Assembly (NCBI GenBank): GCA_902798685.1
Contig: CADBXO010000010.1
Location: forward strand, 30,877 to 94,876
Source of the DNA: an uncultured Bacteroidales bacterium
Lineage (GTDB): Bacteria; Bacteroidota; Bacteroidia; Bacteroidales; Bacteroidaceae
Direction of reading: 5' to 3'
DNA: 64,000 nucleotides
A program made the translations under genes and the position numbers. Below, in pieces: positions 62,400-64,000 of the stretch (its first letter is position 1; each line of letters opens with the position of its first letter). The notes under the pieces were generated by a model. That model made no database searches. It was given only the letters and a program-made list of their open reading frames with translations, and had not been told where the DNA came from.

Positions 62400-63638
62400 T
62401 TATTCAGCAACAAAAACCTTCTTTTCGTTGATGATGAAAATGCCGGAACCAGTCGGAGCTGACAGCTTACGGCCATACAGATCATAGATGATGGTTTCCT
62501 GAACCGGTGCTTCCACTCTATAGACATTAGTCGGAGCAGTGGGGTCAACAACTATACTCTTGAACAGTTTCCAGCCATCGGCCGAACCATAAGTATCAAC
62601 TGCACCCTCCGGCACGTAAAGCGTGGCATTGTTGAATACGCTCTCCACAAACGGACCTGCGTATGATTCCAAGGCGAATACAGTATCTATCGGCTCAAAG
62701 GTCAACCTGTCAAAAACCATCATGTCGGAAAAATGCTCTCTTATCTTTTCATTCCAATCCAATGACAGTTCCAAAGTCAGGTCATAGGCATTTTCCGGAA
62801 TCTGCAGTTCTTCCGATATTGTAATTACATCATATTTTGAAGGATCATTGCTGATATACTCAGCTGTTGGGACGAGTCTCATTCTTCCACGACTGTCAAT
62901 AATGGTATCATATCTGATGGGATCATATATGTATCTCTTTCCATTGGGAACAGTCGCATAAATAACAGGATGGAAGTAGCAGGGCTTGCCGTCGGGACTG
63001 GGAAGAATTCCGATACTTGCCTTATATGAAGCGGCAGGTACGGAACCGTAAGGCATAGAGAAAGAACATTTCCAACTTCCGGACTCAGGATTAGAACCGG
63101 AAATCTCCGTCACGGTCCTTCCAAGTTGTTCGCTATTGACATAATTGACCGATGCATTTCCACCTGGGACTACGTGAGTTCCGTCAAGAACAAACGGATT
63201 GAACAGAGCAATCTCACCGGGAGTGGAACTTATTGCATGAACAGCTTCTATATTGGGGCATCTATCGAAAGCATTAACGCCGATATGCGGAGTGCCGTTA
63301 ATGATCACGTCTGTCAATGATTGACAATACATAAACGCTCCGTCCCCAATACGGATCACGCTCTCAGGTATGATTATGGATGTCATCCCGTTACATCCAA
63401 AGAAAGCCTTTTCAACAATGTCACTTATCTTATACTCCTCACCATTGTATGTCACGCTGACGGGGAGAACAAAATCACCATTACAGCTGTCGCTCACCGC
63501 TCCCAGCAAAGTTAAAGTCTTGTCAGAAACCGAGTTAACCTCATAATACAATCCAGCTTGATCGAATTCGATTCCCTGTGCAAACACACTGACTGCCAAG
63601 GACATAGCCAAAGGCAAAAGAATGATTTTCTTTCTCAT
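62400..63638 (-). CDS. Leucine-rich-repeat (BspA-like) surface protein with T9SS C-terminal sorting domain
   Basis: Starts MRKKIILLPLAMSLAVSVFAQ. LRR-type blocks (IVEKAFFGCNGMTSIIIPESVIRIGDGAFMYCQSLTDVII). The C-terminus IIYDLYGRKLSAPTGSGIFIINEKKVFVAE resembles the T9SS CTD. Confidence 0.7.
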   Translation of the reverse strand: MRKKIILLPLAMSLAVSVFAQGIEFDQAGLYYEVNSVSDKTLTLLGAVSDSCNGDFVLPVSVTYNGEEYKISDIVEKAFFGCNGMTSIIIPESVIRIGDGAFMYCQSLTDVIINGTPHIGVNAFDRCPNIEAVHAISSTPGEIALFNPFVLDGTHVVPGGNASVNYVNSEQLGRTVTEISGSNPESGSWKCSFSMPYGSVPAASYKASIGILPSPDGKPCYFHPVIYATVPNGKRYIYDPIRYDTIIDSRGRMRLVPTAEYISNDPSKYDVITISEELQIPENAYDLTLELSLDWNEKIREHFSDMMVFDRLTFEPIDTVFALESYAGPFVESVFNNATLYVPEGAVDTYGSADGWKLFKSIVVDPTAPTNVYRVEAPVQETIIYDLYGRKLSAPTGSGIFIINEKKVFVAE

Positions 63639-63731
63639 ACAAACAAATATTACAAATTGGTAGTTACTATTGATGCCACAAAAGTACACACAATAGCATA
63701 AAAATACAAGCAAATGTTCCCGTTTGCTGGA

Positions 63732-63918
63732 GCGGGACTAACGTTAGGGGGAGCGTTAGTGGAGAGGCGTTGGGAGGGGCCCACGGAGGATCCCGTTAAG
63801 AACGGCGCATGTTTGACGAACGTTAGGCCCCGTAGGGGACTATAAGGAGGAGTTCGACGTTTAGGGTCCGGAGGGGTAGTAGCCTCGGAACGTCGTCTCC
63901 CCCTAACGTTAGTCCCGC
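63732..63918. repeat. 21-bp perfect inverted repeat enclosing a 145-nt GC-rich, CGTTAGGG-repeat region
   Basis: GCGGGACTAACGTTAGGGGGA (63732-52) and TCCCCCTAACGTTAGTCCCGC (63898-918). The interior contains GCGTTAGTGG, GCGTTGGGAGGGG, ACGTTAGGCCCC and ACGTTTAGGG. Confidence 0.85.
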
Positions 63919-64000
63919 GCAAGCAACAAGCCCAATCTTCAAATTAAGCAGAATTATAACTTATTTTATAATAAGCTGTGCAGAGTTTTTGCTAAATTCG

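Noticed and set aside
61539-62462. 307-aa plus-strand ORF overlapping the EamA transporter gene out of frame
   Set aside because: It is rich in Pro, Arg, His and Gly with no motif, and lies entirely inside a better multi-TM ORF (61441-62340). This is a typical alternative-frame artefact of GC-rich coding DNA.
63650-63922. 90-aa minus-strand ORF across the GC-rich inverted-repeat element
   Set aside because: It is Arg/Pro/Thr-rich, spans both arms of a perfect inverted repeat, and overlaps the real LRR gene start region. I treat it as non-coding.

Overview
This is a 64-kb chromosomal segment that looks Bacteroidales. Many genes are preceded by TAnnTTTG -7 boxes, there are T9SS C-terminal sorting tails, DUF3078 and TonB-dependent receptor genes, and no Shine-Dalgarno-dependent spacing.

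(1) 1-18.6 kb is a visibly AT-rich defence island. It holds HicAB (cut by the window edge), a frameshifted retropepsin-like gene, and a tight three-gene AbiH-like / nucleoside-2-deoxyribosyltransferase-like / HEPN-motif cassette. It also holds a Sau3AI-type R-M pair with Vsr and a 1160-aa T5orf172-helicase-N6-methyltransferase fusion whose end overlaps a 142-aa half-methyltransferase ORF. Next come an overlapping two-gene module (510-aa unknown protein plus an 836-aa protein with two HKD/PLD motifs) and a few phage-type genes (A1S_2505-like, GIY-YIG).

(2) 18.6-23 kb is a hairpin-rich block of accessory genes: ORF6N, DUF1016/YhcG PD-(D/E)XK and GNAT. These share promoter and leader modules, contain in-frame palindromic tandem repeats with compensatory changes, and are separated by REP-like elements.

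(3) 23-36.7 kb is GC-richer core. It includes an aroF-tyrA-aroB-aroA-pheA-aroQ operon preceded by a 16-aa aromatic-rich leader peptide and an intrinsic terminator.

(4) 36.8-42.3 kb encodes a 1702-aa modular surface protein (six FISUMP/DUF1566-like units alternating with five Big_2-like units).

(5) 42.8-64 kb holds housekeeping and accessory genes. These include a broken nitroreductase, an SPFH-Arc-membrane operon with a tandem GATATC candidate operator, and a TPP-riboswitch-controlled TonB receptor-PnuT locus followed by a PRT-like gene and an NCS1 permease. There are also two GC-rich intergenic inverted-repeat elements.

The best candidates for an undescribed system are the PLD two-gene module (12070-16109), the AbiH/NDT/HEPN cassette (1424-3863) and the helicase-MTase plus mini-MTase pair (7899-11793). 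All family assignments come from motif recognition by eye. No database search was possible.
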